From Tubulanus polymorphus (taxonomy: Eukaryota > Animalia > Nemertea), in the NCBI RefSeq assembly GCF_964204645.1, contig NC_134030.1:17568210-17632209 (forward strand): a stretch of DNA of 64,000 nucleotides, written 5' to 3'. A program made the position numbers and the translations under genes. Shown here in pieces: positions 12,881 through 26,895 of the stretch. Each line of letters begins with the position of its first letter. Positions within the stretch are counted from its first letter, which is position 1. Under the pieces are notes generated by a model. The model was not told where the DNA came from. It worked only from the letters and a program-made list of their open reading frames with translations, and did no database searches.

Positions 12881-14781
12881 GTGTTTAGAAGTTTTTTTGA
12901 AAACATAAATTTCAAAATTTCAGCCAACCATCAACGTCGATTACACCTGCACCAGAGCCGTCTGCTCCAGCAGCACCCGTAGCACCGGTAGCAGCACCTG
13001 CCGCACCTGCAGTGCCTGCCGCACCTGCCGTCTCTGCTCAGCTGCTCACAGCCGGTCGCATAACCGAATCGTTGATCGCGAATACGGTCACCACCGAGCT
13101 GCCCTCTGGTGTCAGGAAAGTTTAACAATGTGTTTCCATGCCTACATACCACACTTTAGTTGGTAGGCATGGAGACATATTGTTTAGCTTTCAAATCATG
13201 GAGTCACTTTTCTCTCGTGAACCCCTATTAATGATTAATGCAGACTTTCTGGTCGTAATAAGACTTCTATCAGGTATGTACCATCAAAACTTACTGAGCT
13301 AAGATGAAATTCTTAATAGGACCAGAAAGGACTGGCAGTCGACCTAAACCATTGTTTTCTAATCCAGTCATCACTGTATTGAGATATGGCAGAAAAGTCT
13401 TAGAGTGAAAGGGGCTTTAAAGAGAAAAGTGGTTAAACTTCAGTTGGTAGGCATCGAAACATATTGTTAAACTTTCAAATCATGGAGTCTCTTTTCTTTA
13501 TTCAACCCCTTTCAACGAGGACTTTTTGCAATCCTTCCATAAAGTGCAAAATGGACTAAAATCAATGTTTTAGGTCGACTACCAGTCCTTTCTGGTCCTA
13601 ATAAGACTTTTATCAGGTATGTGCCATCAAGGAAAGATAATAGTTTTTAGTGAAAAACCGAAAATTCGGATTCTTAATAGATTTTAAATAAAGTTTTGAT
13701 ATTTTTGAAAGATTTTTCGATCTTGTGGGATTTATATGTTAGACATAAGGAATATTTTGTTGCGACGATTAATTGCAAGTTTTTTTTCTAATCTAAGGAA
13801 ATGATGAAGAAAATTCTGACGGAACTCGATAAGTTGAGATAGTTGCACCAGCAACAGCTGTCCGAAATCCGGCACAATACCGAGTTGACACTCGCCGAGA
13901 TGCGGCAGAGTTTCGAGGCCGATAGACACGCGGCGCTCAGTGAATTACGCCGCACTCTGGAGGTCGAAGCCGCTAAAGCCGTCAACGAAGCCAAGAAAAA
14001 ACAATGGGTGAGTTTGGGGTGCTTGAACGCCCGGGTCTACTCAGCATCGATGATCAATCATCGGGGTAAAATCATTCATAGCATGAAGAGACCATGATTT
14101 CAGTCAGAAATAAGAGTGATGAATGATTCTTCAGACTTAACCCGTTCAGTGCGTCTACACCACAGTGTATTGATGTTATTAGTAATTAGATTGCTTTTAA
14201 GGGAGCATCTCAAAATTTCTATAGTTCCGTCAATTGGAATAACTGTCTAATTGGTTTTAACCACCCCACCCCCACCTTTGATTAGACACATGCCAAAGTT
14301 GGAACTATTGATTGTTCTAATCTAAGACCATAGACAAAGATAACGAGTGTTCGATCAACCTATTAAAACCCATTAAGCTCTAATAGACTTTATAAACAAA
14401 TTTAAATATATACAAAATACCAATAGACAGTTAAATCTACTGCTTGTATATTTGAAACTGTAATTCATTTCAATGTTATCTTTATTGAAACTGGGCCCAG
14501 CATTTTTGGGTATTAATTTGTCAGCATTGAAAGGGTTAAAGTCATGTCTTGATTCAAAGTTTTGGTTCAAGAAGATTTCTAGAAAGAACGCGGCAATTTC
14601 AGTAACAAGTTTGTGAGGTTTTATAAAGAGTTTTTTCTCTTCTCGTAACAGTGCGCGAACTGCGGTAAAGAGGCGATATTCTACTGTTATTGGAACACGA
14701 GTTACTGCGACTACCCGTGCCAACAGCAACACTGGTCGAAACACATGGCGACGTGTACGCAAGCTGTCAGCGAAACCGACC

Positions 14782-14957
<176 letters not shown>

Positions 14958-15181
14958 ACGACCACCGTGGTGCCAACTACAACGATTACCCAACAGCCGA
15001 TACAGGCTACGATATTGAACGGGCCGGACAAACCTCCGGATGGTTCAATACAGATTATAGGTCAACCTAGAGTAAGTTGTGAATAACTTCATCGGGTAAG
15101 ATACCTCGTACGCTCGGACAAGGGGAATCAACGAGGAATTAAAACTCACCGTTAGTAAATTAAGAAGATATTAAGTACCTA

Positions 15182-16226
15182 CCCAGCTAACAAAAAAACG
15201 TTCAAAGAACGTTATCTAAAAGTTTTTCACTAACGTTTTTACGTTAATGTTGAACGTTCGTGCAACGTTTGTAGAACGTTTTTTTGTAAATGTATTTTAA
15301 GGTTCACAGAACGTTTTTGATAACGTTGACTGAACGTTACTTCACAACCTCTCTGCAACCATTGAGCTTGATAAAAACGTTCCAATAACGTTCGTATGAC
15401 GTTACATTATAACCATGATGTCCTCTATCACGAGCTCGAATAAATCCCTTTCAACTAACTAATATTTGAATTATTTTACCTAACTTTTACTTTGTAACTA
15501 CGTATATATACATGTATAATATCGAAATTATTCACTCGTAAGTTAGTTCTCCAGTGCACCAGTCGTCGTCGTTACAGCGTAGCTGGCAGCCTTTGTGATT
15601 CCTGAAATAAAAGGGAAATGATACAGAAACTTTTATTTTCATGGTTGTGTTAAGCCTTGAAGTTCATTTCATCCATACATACAGGGATTGTTATGCTTGT
15701 TATTGGAGAACAACAGTTAGGTCATTTCATTGATATAAAACTCGACGAAAAGGTCTCTAACGTGGGTTTCTACATATAAAAGATTGTTTCAAAAACATTC
15801 TATCGGTAATTTTCCATATATTGAAAGTATCAAAATTTGTGGATTGAATAACGTACCTTAGTAAATAAACGATTTTTAAATCCCTTAAACACGCCGCTTA
15901 AAGCTGATTGATGAACAATGGCGAACACTTCCTGCTTTGATATGTCACGATATCCATCGGTTTCGAATCCCATATTTTTCTTTACTCCCGAAAGTTTGAA
16001 TCTTGCTTTCAAATGGTATTAAAATGTAGGAATCCACGTCCGGATTTGCTTAAAACGGACTATATTGATGATATCTGACTTAACTAATAATTTGCTGCAG
16101 GCTCTTGGATGATAACGTTTAGAAAAACCTTCAGAAAACGTTATCGCCTGAACGTTACATTATAAACTATCACACAACTTTCACGAACGTTTCCGAATGT
16201 TGTATGAACGTTGTGTGCTAGCTGGG
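15182..16226. mobile_element. Non-autonomous DNA transposon with TA target duplication
   Basis: ta|cccagctaac ... gctagctggg|ta termini; dense subterminal AACGTT motifs at both ends. Confidence 0.75.
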
Positions 16227-17905
16227 TAATTCAATGATTGAGATATGAAAAATTTGAAATTAAAGTCGGAAATGTCAGGCGCGGATCTAGGGCCTCATTT
16301 TTCAACATCAACTCCTTTTTTAAAATACATGCGCAGAGAACACGTTTTTGAATATAAACTTTTTCATAACAGTTCGATTTATATCATTTTCCTTTGAAAT
16401 TAAAAATTCAGGGTAACTTGAGATTTTGGGTGGGCTGCACATCCCCTGCACCCTCCCCTGGGTCCAGCCCTGCACTCGTGTATTGTCAAAATAATATACA
16501 CATTGTATACCCTTCAATTCACTGAAAGTCTACATTGATAACATTAATACACTTAAGGTGTAATTTTATGCTGATGCTTTAAGGATTTACATGGATATTA
16601 ATTAGTGTATAACCCATTGAGGGTATGCACCCCGTTCCCTGACTCTCCCAGTATTTATTACACCTGTTCTCCAGAGAAATCCTTTGTATCTATGTTCGTT
16701 AATTTCACTGTATGTGAACAGCAGTAAATAGAACAAGTATTTGCACTGCAGGATTTCATTGTGATTTTCTGAATAACGGCTTACCGTCAAGGGTGGATAC
16801 AGAGGACGACTTTTGAAGGTCTTTTTACACATTAAAAGGCATTGTCATTGTGAAAGCATTATTCGGAGGGATAATGGGAATTGAGGCATCGCTTTCGACA
16901 ATTTGTGGATGACTTCAATGCAATTACAGCATTTCCAAGTGGGAAACATTTCCTCTTCAAAGCAATATTGGGGGCCTGACCAACACGGCGTAAATTTAAA
17001 ATATTCCATGTTATATGGCGGTAAAAGTTTATTCAGAACAAGGCAACTGAAAATATTTGAAAGGCTTGTAAAAAAGCCTGCAAGACCTTTCGGGATCTGC
17101 ACCTGACACCGATAGCCCTCGTCTAATTCCTGGCTACGTGTTTTAGTGTTCGCGATCTGTAGCACCTAGTATATAGAAACGGTCCAGTGCACCGACAGCT
17201 TATAAAAAAAATCGACTTTTCATAATCTTGCGGTTTATTCCTGTTTCATTTTCTAGCATATTCTGTCTTACACTTCTTCACATTTCAGCCCCCGATACCC
17301 TATCCTCACGCGACAACCGGTGGCCCGCGGCCGCTGCCCGATTTCCGGCTGCCGCCCCCCGCGCCATCACGGGCCCGGCCAGGTATATAGAATTTAACCG
17401 GCATGTGAAATCATCTCTCATTTAGTCGAAATTCACGATTTCAGTTTTCGTTTCATTCGAGTTTCGTCGTAGAATTAGATTTGAAAAAATGTGATGCGTT
17501 TTAAAAACATTTTGTCGCATGTTTGTTTTTGTGCATTGTGAAAATGTAGTTGATTTTATTTTAAAGGTAGATTTTTCCCTAAATAATAAATTAGTGCTGT
17601 TTACTGGGGCCCTCAACCTAATTCCACAACAGTGAAAGGGTTAAATTTGACTCGAAAAATTGCGGTTAATCAATTTTCAATATTTTCAATTCGATATATT
17701 ACCTCAAAATGAAGGTGGCCCATTGCATTGAATGCGGTTCAGCTTCAGTTGAATCTAGTAACATACGATAACCGTAGAATGGCCGTGAGGTGCATCAATC
17801 TGCAGTCTTGCCCCTCCCTCTCGAACACTACTGAGTCATAATAATATGAAATAAAAATGAACTACAAGCATAAGACATTAGACATTTCAGCACCACTCAG
17901 GGCCT

Positions 17906-18395
17906 AGTTCCACAGTTGTGTAGGTTTAATTTAACTGTGAGCTCAGTTGCACAATTCCACAGTTGTGTGGGTTTAATTTAACTGTGAGCTCAGTTGCACA
18001 GTTCCACAGTTGTGTGGGTTTAATTTAACTGTGAGCTCAGTTGCACAGTTCCACAGTTGTGTGGGTTTAATTTAACTGTGAGCTCAGTTGCACAGTTCCA
18101 CAGTTGTGTGGGTTTAATTTAACTGTGAGCTCAGTTGCACAGTTCCACAGTTGTATGGGTTTAATTTAACTGTGAGCTCAGTTGCACAGTTCCACAGTTG
18201 TGTGGGTTTAATTTAACTGTGAGCTCAGTTGCACAGTTCCACAGTTGTATGGGTTTAATTTAACTGTGAGCTCAGTTGCACAGTTCCACAGTTGTGTGGG
18301 TTTAATTTAACTGTGAGCTCAGTTCCACAGTTGTGTGGGTTTAATTTAACTGTGAGCTTAGTTCCACATTTCCACAGTTGTGTGGATTTAATTTG
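17906..18395. repeat. 47-bp satellite, ~10 near-identical units
   Basis: Unit gttccacagttgtgtgggtttaatttaactgtgagctcagttgcaca. Confidence 0.95.
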
Positions 18396-18466
18396 ACGCA
18401 AAGTTTCCTTTTGCTACCATATCCCATAATCCCTAGACATGTAATTGGCATGTTTGTTTACATTTG

Positions 18467-19256
18467 GTGACCAGCTCCGGCTAATCACAAGCTAGGGTTA
18501 GGGATAGTTGTCATGCGCTTGGGGCTATTTGCATATATCAGGTGACCAGCTCCAGCCAATCAGGAGCTAGGGTTAGGGTTAGTGACCATGTGCTTGGGAC
18601 TATTTGCATAAATCAGGTGACCAGCTCCAGCCAATCAGAAGCTAGGGTTAGGGTTAGTGACCATGTGCTTGGGGCTATTTGCATAAATCAGGTGACCAGC
18701 TCCAGCCAATCAGAAGCTAGGGTTAGGGTTAGTGACCATGTGCTTGGGGCTATTTGCATAAATCAGGTGACCAGCTCCAGCCAATCAGAAGCTAGGGTTA
18801 GGGTTAGTGACCATGTGCTTGGGGCTATTTGCATAAATCAGGTGACCAGCTCCAGCCAATCAGAAGCTAGGGTTAGGGTTAGTAGTCATGCGCTTGGGGC
18901 TATTTGCATATATCAGGTGACCAGCTCAAGCCAATCAGGAGCTAGGGTTAGGGTTAGTAGTCATGCGCTTGGGGCTATTTGCATATATCAGGTAACCAGC
19001 TCCAGCCAATCACAAGCTAGGGTTAGGGTTAGTGACCAGGTGCTTGGGGCTATTTGCATATATCAGGTGACCAGCTCCAGCCAATCAGGTGCTAGGGTCA
19101 GGGTTAGTAGTCATGCGCTTGGGGCTATTTGCATATATCAGGTGACTAGCTCCAGCCAATCAGAAGCTAGGGTTAGGGTTAGTGACCATGTGCTTGGGGC
19201 TATTTGCATATATCAGGTGACCAGCTCCAGCCAATCAAGAGTTAGGGTTATGGTTA
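18467..19256. repeat. 75-bp satellite (~10.5 units) containing CCAAT, octamer and TTAGGG motifs
   Basis: Unit caggtgaccagctccagccaatcagaagctagggttagggttagtgaccatgtgcttggggctatttgcataaat; 25-aa periodicity in ORF 18542-19267. Confidence 0.95.
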
Positions 19257-19494
19257 GCTGTTTCTAGGTGGGAGGAGGTGTTTACATACAGTGAAATCAG
19301 TTCAATGACAGCTCCCCCTATTGTTAGTCAATCATAGATCTACAATTGACTGTGAATTGAATTCTATAGTTGTATGTTATATTGACATAGAACACATTGC
19401 TATAAGCATTATTATATCTGTTATAAGGTATAAAATAGATCGTTCAATTTCTATTTTACCAAAATTCACCAAATAAATATACAACCTATTTTGG

Positions 19495-19765
19495 GATCCA
19501 GTTCCACAGTTGTGTAGGTTTAATATGACTCTGGATCCAGTTCCATTGTGTGGGTTTAATTTGACTCCAGTTCAAATGAATCTGAATCCAGTTCCACAGG
19601 GGAATGGGTTAACTGTGACTCTGAATCCAGTTCTACAGTGGAATGGGTTAACTGTGACTCTGAATCCAGTTCCACAGTGGAATGGTTTAATTTGACTCTG
19701 AATCCAGTTCCACAGTCGTGCAGGTTAAATATGACTCTGGATCCAGTTGTGTGGATCTAACTTGA
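19495..19765. repeat. Degenerate ~39-bp tandem array of the cagttccacag family
   Basis: Repeated gactctgaatccagttccacag units. Confidence 0.75.
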
Positions 19766-20369
19766 CTGACATATATCAGCACACTTTCAAAAACTGATCG
19801 TCCACACTTCACTTGTGTTCAGAACTTCACCCGAGACATTTTTAATTTAAAATGAACTGAAGAATTGCCAAAAGCTCCAGAAATCATTACCATAAGTAGT
19901 AATTGCCAAAGAGGGTGGTTCCAGGGGTGGCTCCAGTCTGCTGATTGATAGAGAGTAAAAGCATATGTGTGTATACTGTATGTGTTTGTATATTTGTATA
20001 CCCGGTATGTGATTTGTAGCTAGGAGCATGTTCACTGTAGACGACTAACATCAAACCTGTTATTATCATATATATTTATGTCCGATTGTTTGTAGGTTAT
20101 TGGTAATCAAGTGACACAGTACGTACCTCAATTAATCACTGCCTCCACTTCAAATCCCACGATTCAAAATGCTGTTTCGTTGCCGTCTACCGGCGCTCAG
20201 GTACGTACACGTAACGCCGGAGCTCAACCGACCCCTCAGACAATCCACAGCCAACCAGGATTCAGAACCGGTGCAGGTTTACGGCTGCAGACAGCCCCCA
20301 CAGACAATCTGCAGCCTAGAACCACTTTCTCAGACAATCTACAGATTGTCTTATGGGTTTTAGGATCCA

Positions 20370-20710
20370 GACTTTAGATTGTCTGAAGGGTTGCAGGATC
20401 CAGGCTGCATATTGTCTGAAGGGCTGCAGGTTACAAGCTGTAGATTGTCTGAAGGGTAGCAGGTTACAGGCTGTAGATTGTCTGAGGGGTTGCAGGTTCC
20501 AGGCTGCATATTTTCTGAAGGGATGCAGATTTCAGACTTTAGATTGTCTGAAGGGATGCAGGATCCAGGCTGCAGATTGTCTGAGGGGTGCAGGTTACAG
20601 GCTGTAGATTGTCTGAAGGGGTGCAGGTTACAGGCTGTAGATTGTCTGAAGGGGTGCAAGTTACAGGCCGTAGTTTGTCTGAGGGGTTGCAGGTTCCAAG
20701 CCGTAGATTA
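20370..20710. repeat. ~33-bp minisatellite (agattgtctgaagggttgcagg...), with inverted copies at ~20300-20345
   Basis: 11-aa periodicity in the overlapping ORFs; cagacaatct upstream is the reverse complement of agattgtctg. Confidence 0.85.
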
Positions 20711-21062
20711 CAGTTTGGAAAAATTTACAGCATAGCGAAATTGTTGCTTGAAGTTATCTAGTAAATTGTTAAATTTGATACAGTAAAAGTAATTTTATCT
20801 ACAGTAATCTACAGTAAACTACATTTACATCTACAGTAAACTACATTTACATCTACAATTAGACACAGTTATTCACTGAGATTGTTAATCATTGAAATTT
20901 GCTTGTGGTTTCTTGAACAATCAAGTAACACCAACGATTTGTTGAGGAGAGAAAACTCGAAAGGTAAAATTCTCTCATGAAACGTGGATAAGATATTTGT
21001 TTTTACGAACCGAAAAATTTCACTCGAGATGAAATGATTCAAACGTTGTCTTCTATTTTTAG

Positions 21063-24000
21063 TTGTTGATAGAATTTATGGTGACGTGAAAAACAAAATG
21101 AAATCAATATCTACAGGTTTGTATTTTGATAATTTACTATCAATTCCTGCATTTAAATGTGAGATATATTTCCCGCTCACGTCACGTCACGTCATATCAC
21201 GTCGTAATTTTGAAGGTGATTAGTTTTATTTCATTCTTCATCGCAGATTGATTTATGTCTGAATTTACGTTCTACTTCTATTTGTGATTTCAGAGGAATT
21301 AAAGGAACGAGGAATCGTAGCTTATATAGAAGTGAGCAGAATTCCACAGTTTCGAGTTACCCGTAAACTCCTATAACACTATATAGACTCCTAACCTGTA
21401 TATTCCTAACACTAAACTCCAACCACTGAGACTGAACTAAATTCAACCATAGTTGAAGTAAACTGTATGATTTGACCTGTTTAGATCTACTCAATGTTTG
21501 TATATGAATTATTGTGTTTCTGTTTTTCAGTAAAAGATGAAATATCGAGTAAGTACTGATAACAACTTACACATTGTAGTCTAGGTAAATAGATTTACGA
21601 AATGATATGATAAGTTGTATTTTGATAGCTCCAATCCAAAAAAAATCCAATGAAACTGCTCAGAGTGCTTTACAGATGATGAAAATGCTTCCTTCAACAG
21701 GAAGGATTGGTAAAGAATAATATGTTTCCCTCTCCCTGCAGTAATCTATTGTGTTCATTCTGTTTCAGTGAATTACATCAAACCAATTATTGAAAACAGA
21801 ATCCCAGAATTTGAAGGTGAATATATTATGTTGACTGATTATTTTGCTTCTCATGTGGAATACACAGTTATTTCGCATATGGTCGACTGTATTTTGTAGG
21901 AGGATATTGTGACGCTATAGCAGCATAAATAGTTTACAACAGTTGACATCATGATATTTTCTAAATTAGTCTCTGGTCCTTATTAGGTACATTGTAACAT
22001 GTAAAATTTCAGATTCACTAGTGACTGTTTTAGAAGAGAAATGTAAAAAGGCTCGCAGTATGTGGTCATCAAAACACTGGGTATATGATATATCTGGAAG
22101 GTGTAAGTTCACGGTGAAATCAGTTTGTGATTTATAATAGAATTCTATTGTATAAAAACTTGTCTATTGTTTATTACATATAGTGTCTGTACTCAGTGAA
22201 CTTACCAGTGAAACTTCAAAGACAAACACAGGTTATTGGAAACAAGTCAAAGAATGTTTCGGTAAATAATAAATTCTTGTTTCACTGAACGTTTTATCAA
22301 ATGATCTGTTTTTAGGTTTTGAATTGTTTGTTCTGTTTTAATAGGAGATAAAATTAACAGTGAAACAAATACAACTAAACTAACAGATATAGGTGAATAT
22401 CAATACAATAACAACTTATTATTCAAATTAACAAAAAAATTTTGCGTTGAATTCATTGAAGATAAAATTTATTGATGTCATCAGATCATCAGAGGCATCT
22501 GTTTTGATTCAGAGCCAAGTTTAAGTGATGTTAAACTATGAATGACAGTTTGTATCGATGTGAAATAATCTTCAGACCGAGTTCATCGTAGATGATTAAA
22601 ATCAGTTGCGTCTAAACACAAAAACGTTTAAGCAACCGGTATCAAATCAAATATTATCAGATTTAAAATCAATCATTTATTTATTTATTTGTTTTCAGTT
22701 GATGAGTGTTTGGGTGAATGCACTAAAACAATAAGTGACAAGTGGCACCTTGGTGAGTACCCATCATGAGTACCTCTCATGACCACCCCCAATGAGTACC
22801 TCTCATGAGTACGTTGTTCTAATAACCACCAAGCTTCTTGAGTTCTGTTAAGTACGGAACGTGAATACAAATCTTAATTCGAGTACAATAAACTACTGGA
22901 AGACGAATGAGTAACAAAGATTAACTATCGAGATATGTGATCAGTGTAGTGGTGAGTACATGAGTACCAAATACAGACACTCAACTGAGTACCCAGTCCC
23001 GGTACCTGAATCGTTTAAAGACATTTAAATGATGTAATTTATTGATCAAGTTGAAACAAACTGCAACTGAACCAGTTTCAATGACAGTTTTTCTGTGAAC
23101 TTATGTTTATGTTTTGATATTTTTAGGTGATTTTAAGAAACGCAAAATGATCGTAGATACAGGTAAATATTGTGTAGCTCTGATATTCAGCCTAGTACTG
23201 CCCCCTGGTGACTGTATGAGATGTATCTATTCTGTTATTTGTATTATAGAAGTGATTGTTGATGAGATAAAACGCGACTATTTTCAAACTCCCGAATTTA
23301 GAAGTAAGTTTCCAATAAAATCAGAACCTGTTTTAACAACCAGAACTCAAATATTTATGTATTATTATTTATAGGTTCAGTTGAGACTGCAGTGAATGAA
23401 GCTATCAAGAATTCAGGTAATTGAATATTTCCAATTAATTAATTTCCAATTAATTCTTCAATTGAAATTTTGAATTGACTTCAGAATTGAGTTCAGTTTG
23501 GCTGAAAATGTATCTTTTTATTGTATCCACATATTTCATTTTTACAGATAAATCAAGACTTAACAATAAACCAAACTATGAAGCTGCAGGTTTGTAAAAC
23601 TCAAATTTCTGCTAATTTGACCTGACGAATTTCACAGATTAGAAAACAAATTCCCTGAGAACATTTTGAAATATGTCAGTTATTTCCATTTCCATGGTTT
23701 CTCGTCGTTACTAGAGGGGTAGTCACCCTTATTGATGACTTACCCCTAAGGGTAACTATGAAAGGCAGTCTATGAAACCAGGAAGATTATGTAATATTCT
23801 GTTCAGAATTAAATTTTATTATTTCAGTGAAGTGGATAGCTGATGAAATGAAAGGTAAATTGACTGATAATAAATACTCAGTTTCATTATGAGTTTGTGT
23901 TGATGTTTACTGAATCATTTCTAATTTCAGATTTCACGGTTATACCATCTGAATCTTATGGTAAGTAATATTGTTTATATCTATATATGTTATGTGGGCG

Positions 24001-24604
24001 CCTCATCTGTCAGCCAACTGGGCGGGAATTTGAGTAACAATTCACTAAAAATCCTGATGTTTTTTTCAGAGCGTAATGAATTTGCTAAACGTGCACGAGT
24101 AGAAGGTAATGAATAAATAATGTGTGTTAAAATTGATATTATCAATTTTGATAATGTTTTATAATATATTTTATTTCTATTTCAGTAATGAGAAAATCAA
24201 GAGAGTTGATAGATGAGATACGTGCTATAACAGATAAAAGTAATCAATATTGACTTCTATAAGCATCTTACTGACTCACTAATTCCATATTCATGAATTC
24301 ATGTTTCCACATTTATATATAGTCATGTAACATGTCTTATGGTTCCCAAACCGGAAATTTCAAAATAATATTTCCTGGCTCAAAATATTTGCGTTGTAAG
24401 TTGATAGACTTTCCTCTAATTCGGGAAATACATTTGAAATTCATTTTGCGCCTCAACTTTCTTCGGCGATCTTTCTTGAAAATCACCTTCATCAACCAAT
24501 CACCAGTAAAATGTTTATAGTTTGATGCATCAGTTTTTCGGGAATAATTTATTTTATTTTCAGACATATTAAGAAGGCGCGGTTTCCTGGTAGATGATGA
24601 ATAG
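21063..24604 (+). CDS. Micro-exon gene of unknown function; at least 16 symmetric phase-1 exons plus a terminal exon; 5' end unresolved
   Basis: AG/GT-bounded exons: 21063-21116, 21294-21331 (38 nt, off by one), 21531-21548, 21629-21709, 21769-21816, 22013-22102, 22184-22261, 22345-22392, 22699-22752, 23127-23162, 23250-23303, 23375-23416, 23548-23589, 23828-23854, 23931-23960, 24070-24105, 24186-24239, terminal 24564-24604 (TAG). AATAAA at ~24687. All are stop-free in phase 1. Confidence 0.85.
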
Positions 24605-25446
24605 TGCAAGTAAATCATACAGTCGTCACTTTCTGATTTAAACCATATGATCGAGGTTAAACTAGTTTTGAGGTTAAATGGTTTGAAATAAAATATATCG
24701 ATGAAATTGAGATGAAATTAAGTTCCGTTTTCTCCTGGTTTATGAGAAATCCAGTTTTAGAATCGTTTTCCACGAGAAACTACGTAGTTGATTGTTTAAA
24801 AAAAAGAGTCATAGAATTTAACCGAATCTCATAATCCGGATTTAACTGATCCTGATTAGGTTAATCCGGTATGGTTCTAATCTCTACTGAACAGTTTAAG
24901 AGATAAATGAGCAACAATGTTCAATAATACAATATCAAAACCCTTCACTTAGAATAAAAAGAGTCTGAATTGTTTCCTTAAGAAGATATTCATTCAACGT
25001 TTCAATCCTTTCAAACAAATTAAGAGAACTTATAGAATACCACAGTGAATATAAGTTAATGATTGGATGTCTAAAGCAGAACAAACTCTAAGGTGTTTGC
25101 AATTGTATTTGATGTTTGGTTTATATTGTATTCATTTATAGGGTATAGTAGAATGTTAAGAGATGATAGTCCTGGATCGATTGTTGATGATAGTAGTGAT
25201 AGTAGTGGTACTGACTGGAGGAGTGGTTATAATAGATCAAGCTACCGTTGATATTCTGTTGTCAATGTTTGACCTCACCTACTGTTTGACGCTGTATATT
25301 AATCGTTTTATTCTAGAATCTAGTGCGATTTTATACGAAAAGAATAAATGATAATGAGATGAAAAAAACGATTCAAATAAAATGTGTGTAATTTGTTTGA
25401 ATTGAGTCATTGTAGTCATATTTGTAAATTGATGAATAATTCATCA

Positions 25447-25555
25447 GGGTCCAGTTCCACTTGTGAGTTAAGATTTGAATCTTGAGTTAACTCATTGAAC
25501 GTGAACTAACTTTAACTCAGAGTTAACTCTAACTCACAACTGTGGAACTGGGTCC
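25447..25555. mobile_element. Short MITE
   Basis: ccagttccacttgtgagtta ... taactcacaactgtggaactgg inverted termini. Confidence 0.75.
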
Positions 25556-26524
25556 AGTGCAATTGTAATGACATTAAGTCAATCTTGAAATTTTCGGTAA
25601 AAAATGAAATATATATCGCTGGTTTTCCGCGTCTATAATCTGTTCATCCGCTAGTGAGAAATACTGTCTTTGTTATGCTGCTTTGAAGGTTCAGAACTCG
25701 ACCATCGTTTACTGTAGTTCTATTGATATATCAATTAATTGTTAGAAAATATCTTGAAGGTTAATTGATTTTCTTATTTCTTATGCTGTTATTTCTTGTA
25801 TAAAGATGAATTATATATTTCTCCTTTTTCCGCGTCTCTGTTAAACCTGTGAACGTTCAGATTTGATTATATGAGTTTATCAACCGGCTTCTGAAATGTG
25901 CTAAATATTAAGTGTTACTGCATTATAGTGTAAATGAAATACAGTGTTACTGAATTGTAGTGTAAATGAAATACAGTGTAATAACTTCACAATGACATGA
26001 TAAAAACACTAGTTCAGATTCTAAAATTTTAAAACTAAGGATTTATATAATCAAAAAGATACAACTTCCACAGAGATCTGGTGAAAAAGTCATGAAATGT
26101 AACTGATTAAGGTGAGTTTGCTTTAGTATTTAACTCCACTCCAGTCGGATCCGATCAACTCTGAGATAACCGTTCAACTCGGAGTTAACCGATCAACTCG
26201 GAGGTTACCGTTCAACTCAGAAATAACCGTTCAACTCGGAGATAACCGTTCAGGCGCGGTTCCACGCTGTCGCAATTGCCGCACGTGTGACAGTCGGAGC
26301 TGTTTAAAAAAATTAAAAAGTTGCCGAAATAAATTACAAGCATATGAAAAGACAAAGGTTTAGTTCATAGTGATCCTATAAATACTAGACTAATGCGCAA
26401 TTACCTTCTCACGTCGTAGATTTTGTCAAATTATATACGCTACGTTAGGTTAATGAAAATTATAATTTATTGAGGCTCTGAGAAGTCCACAGAACGCGTC
26501 TTCAGAAGCATAAATTAGCAAAAT

Positions 26525-26895
26525 GTATGGTCAACAGTATATTCACCTGACTGATCGCCAGTCACCACACCTGACTGATCACCAGTTACCACGCCTGACT
26601 GGTCAACAGTATACACACCTGACTAATCACCAGTCACCACACCTGACTGATCACCAGTTACCACGCCTGACTGGTCACCAGTTACCACGCCTGACTGGTC
26701 ACCAGTCACCACACCTGACTGATCACCAGTTACCACGCCTGACTGATCACCAGTTACCACGCCTGACTGGTCACCAGTCACCACACCTGACTGATCACCA
26801 GTTACCACGCCTGACTGGTCACCAGTCACCACGCCTGACTGGTCACCAGTCACCACACCTGACTGATCACCAGTTACCACGCCTGACTGGTCACC
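26525..26895. repeat. 24-bp minisatellite
   Basis: Unit cacctgactgatcaccagttacca and variants; 8-aa periodicity in the ORFs on both strands. Confidence 0.95.

Noticed and set aside
13840-13842. Stop-codon reassignment or readthrough (TAG for Trp)
   Set aside because: Other genes here use TGG normally and TAG as stop; a second lesion in the same gene favours pseudogenisation.
17906-19256. CRISPR-like appearance of regular repeats
   Set aside because: Units are contiguous with no unique spacers, there are no cas genes, and the context is eukaryotic.
18542-19267. 241-aa repetitive ORF
   Set aside because: By-product of a 75-bp satellite that lacks stops in one frame.
20353-20735. Cys-rich repetitive ORFs
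   Set aside because: 33-bp minisatellite artefacts.
22480-22640. Additional micro-exon candidates
   Set aside because: Both contain in-frame TGA in phase 1.
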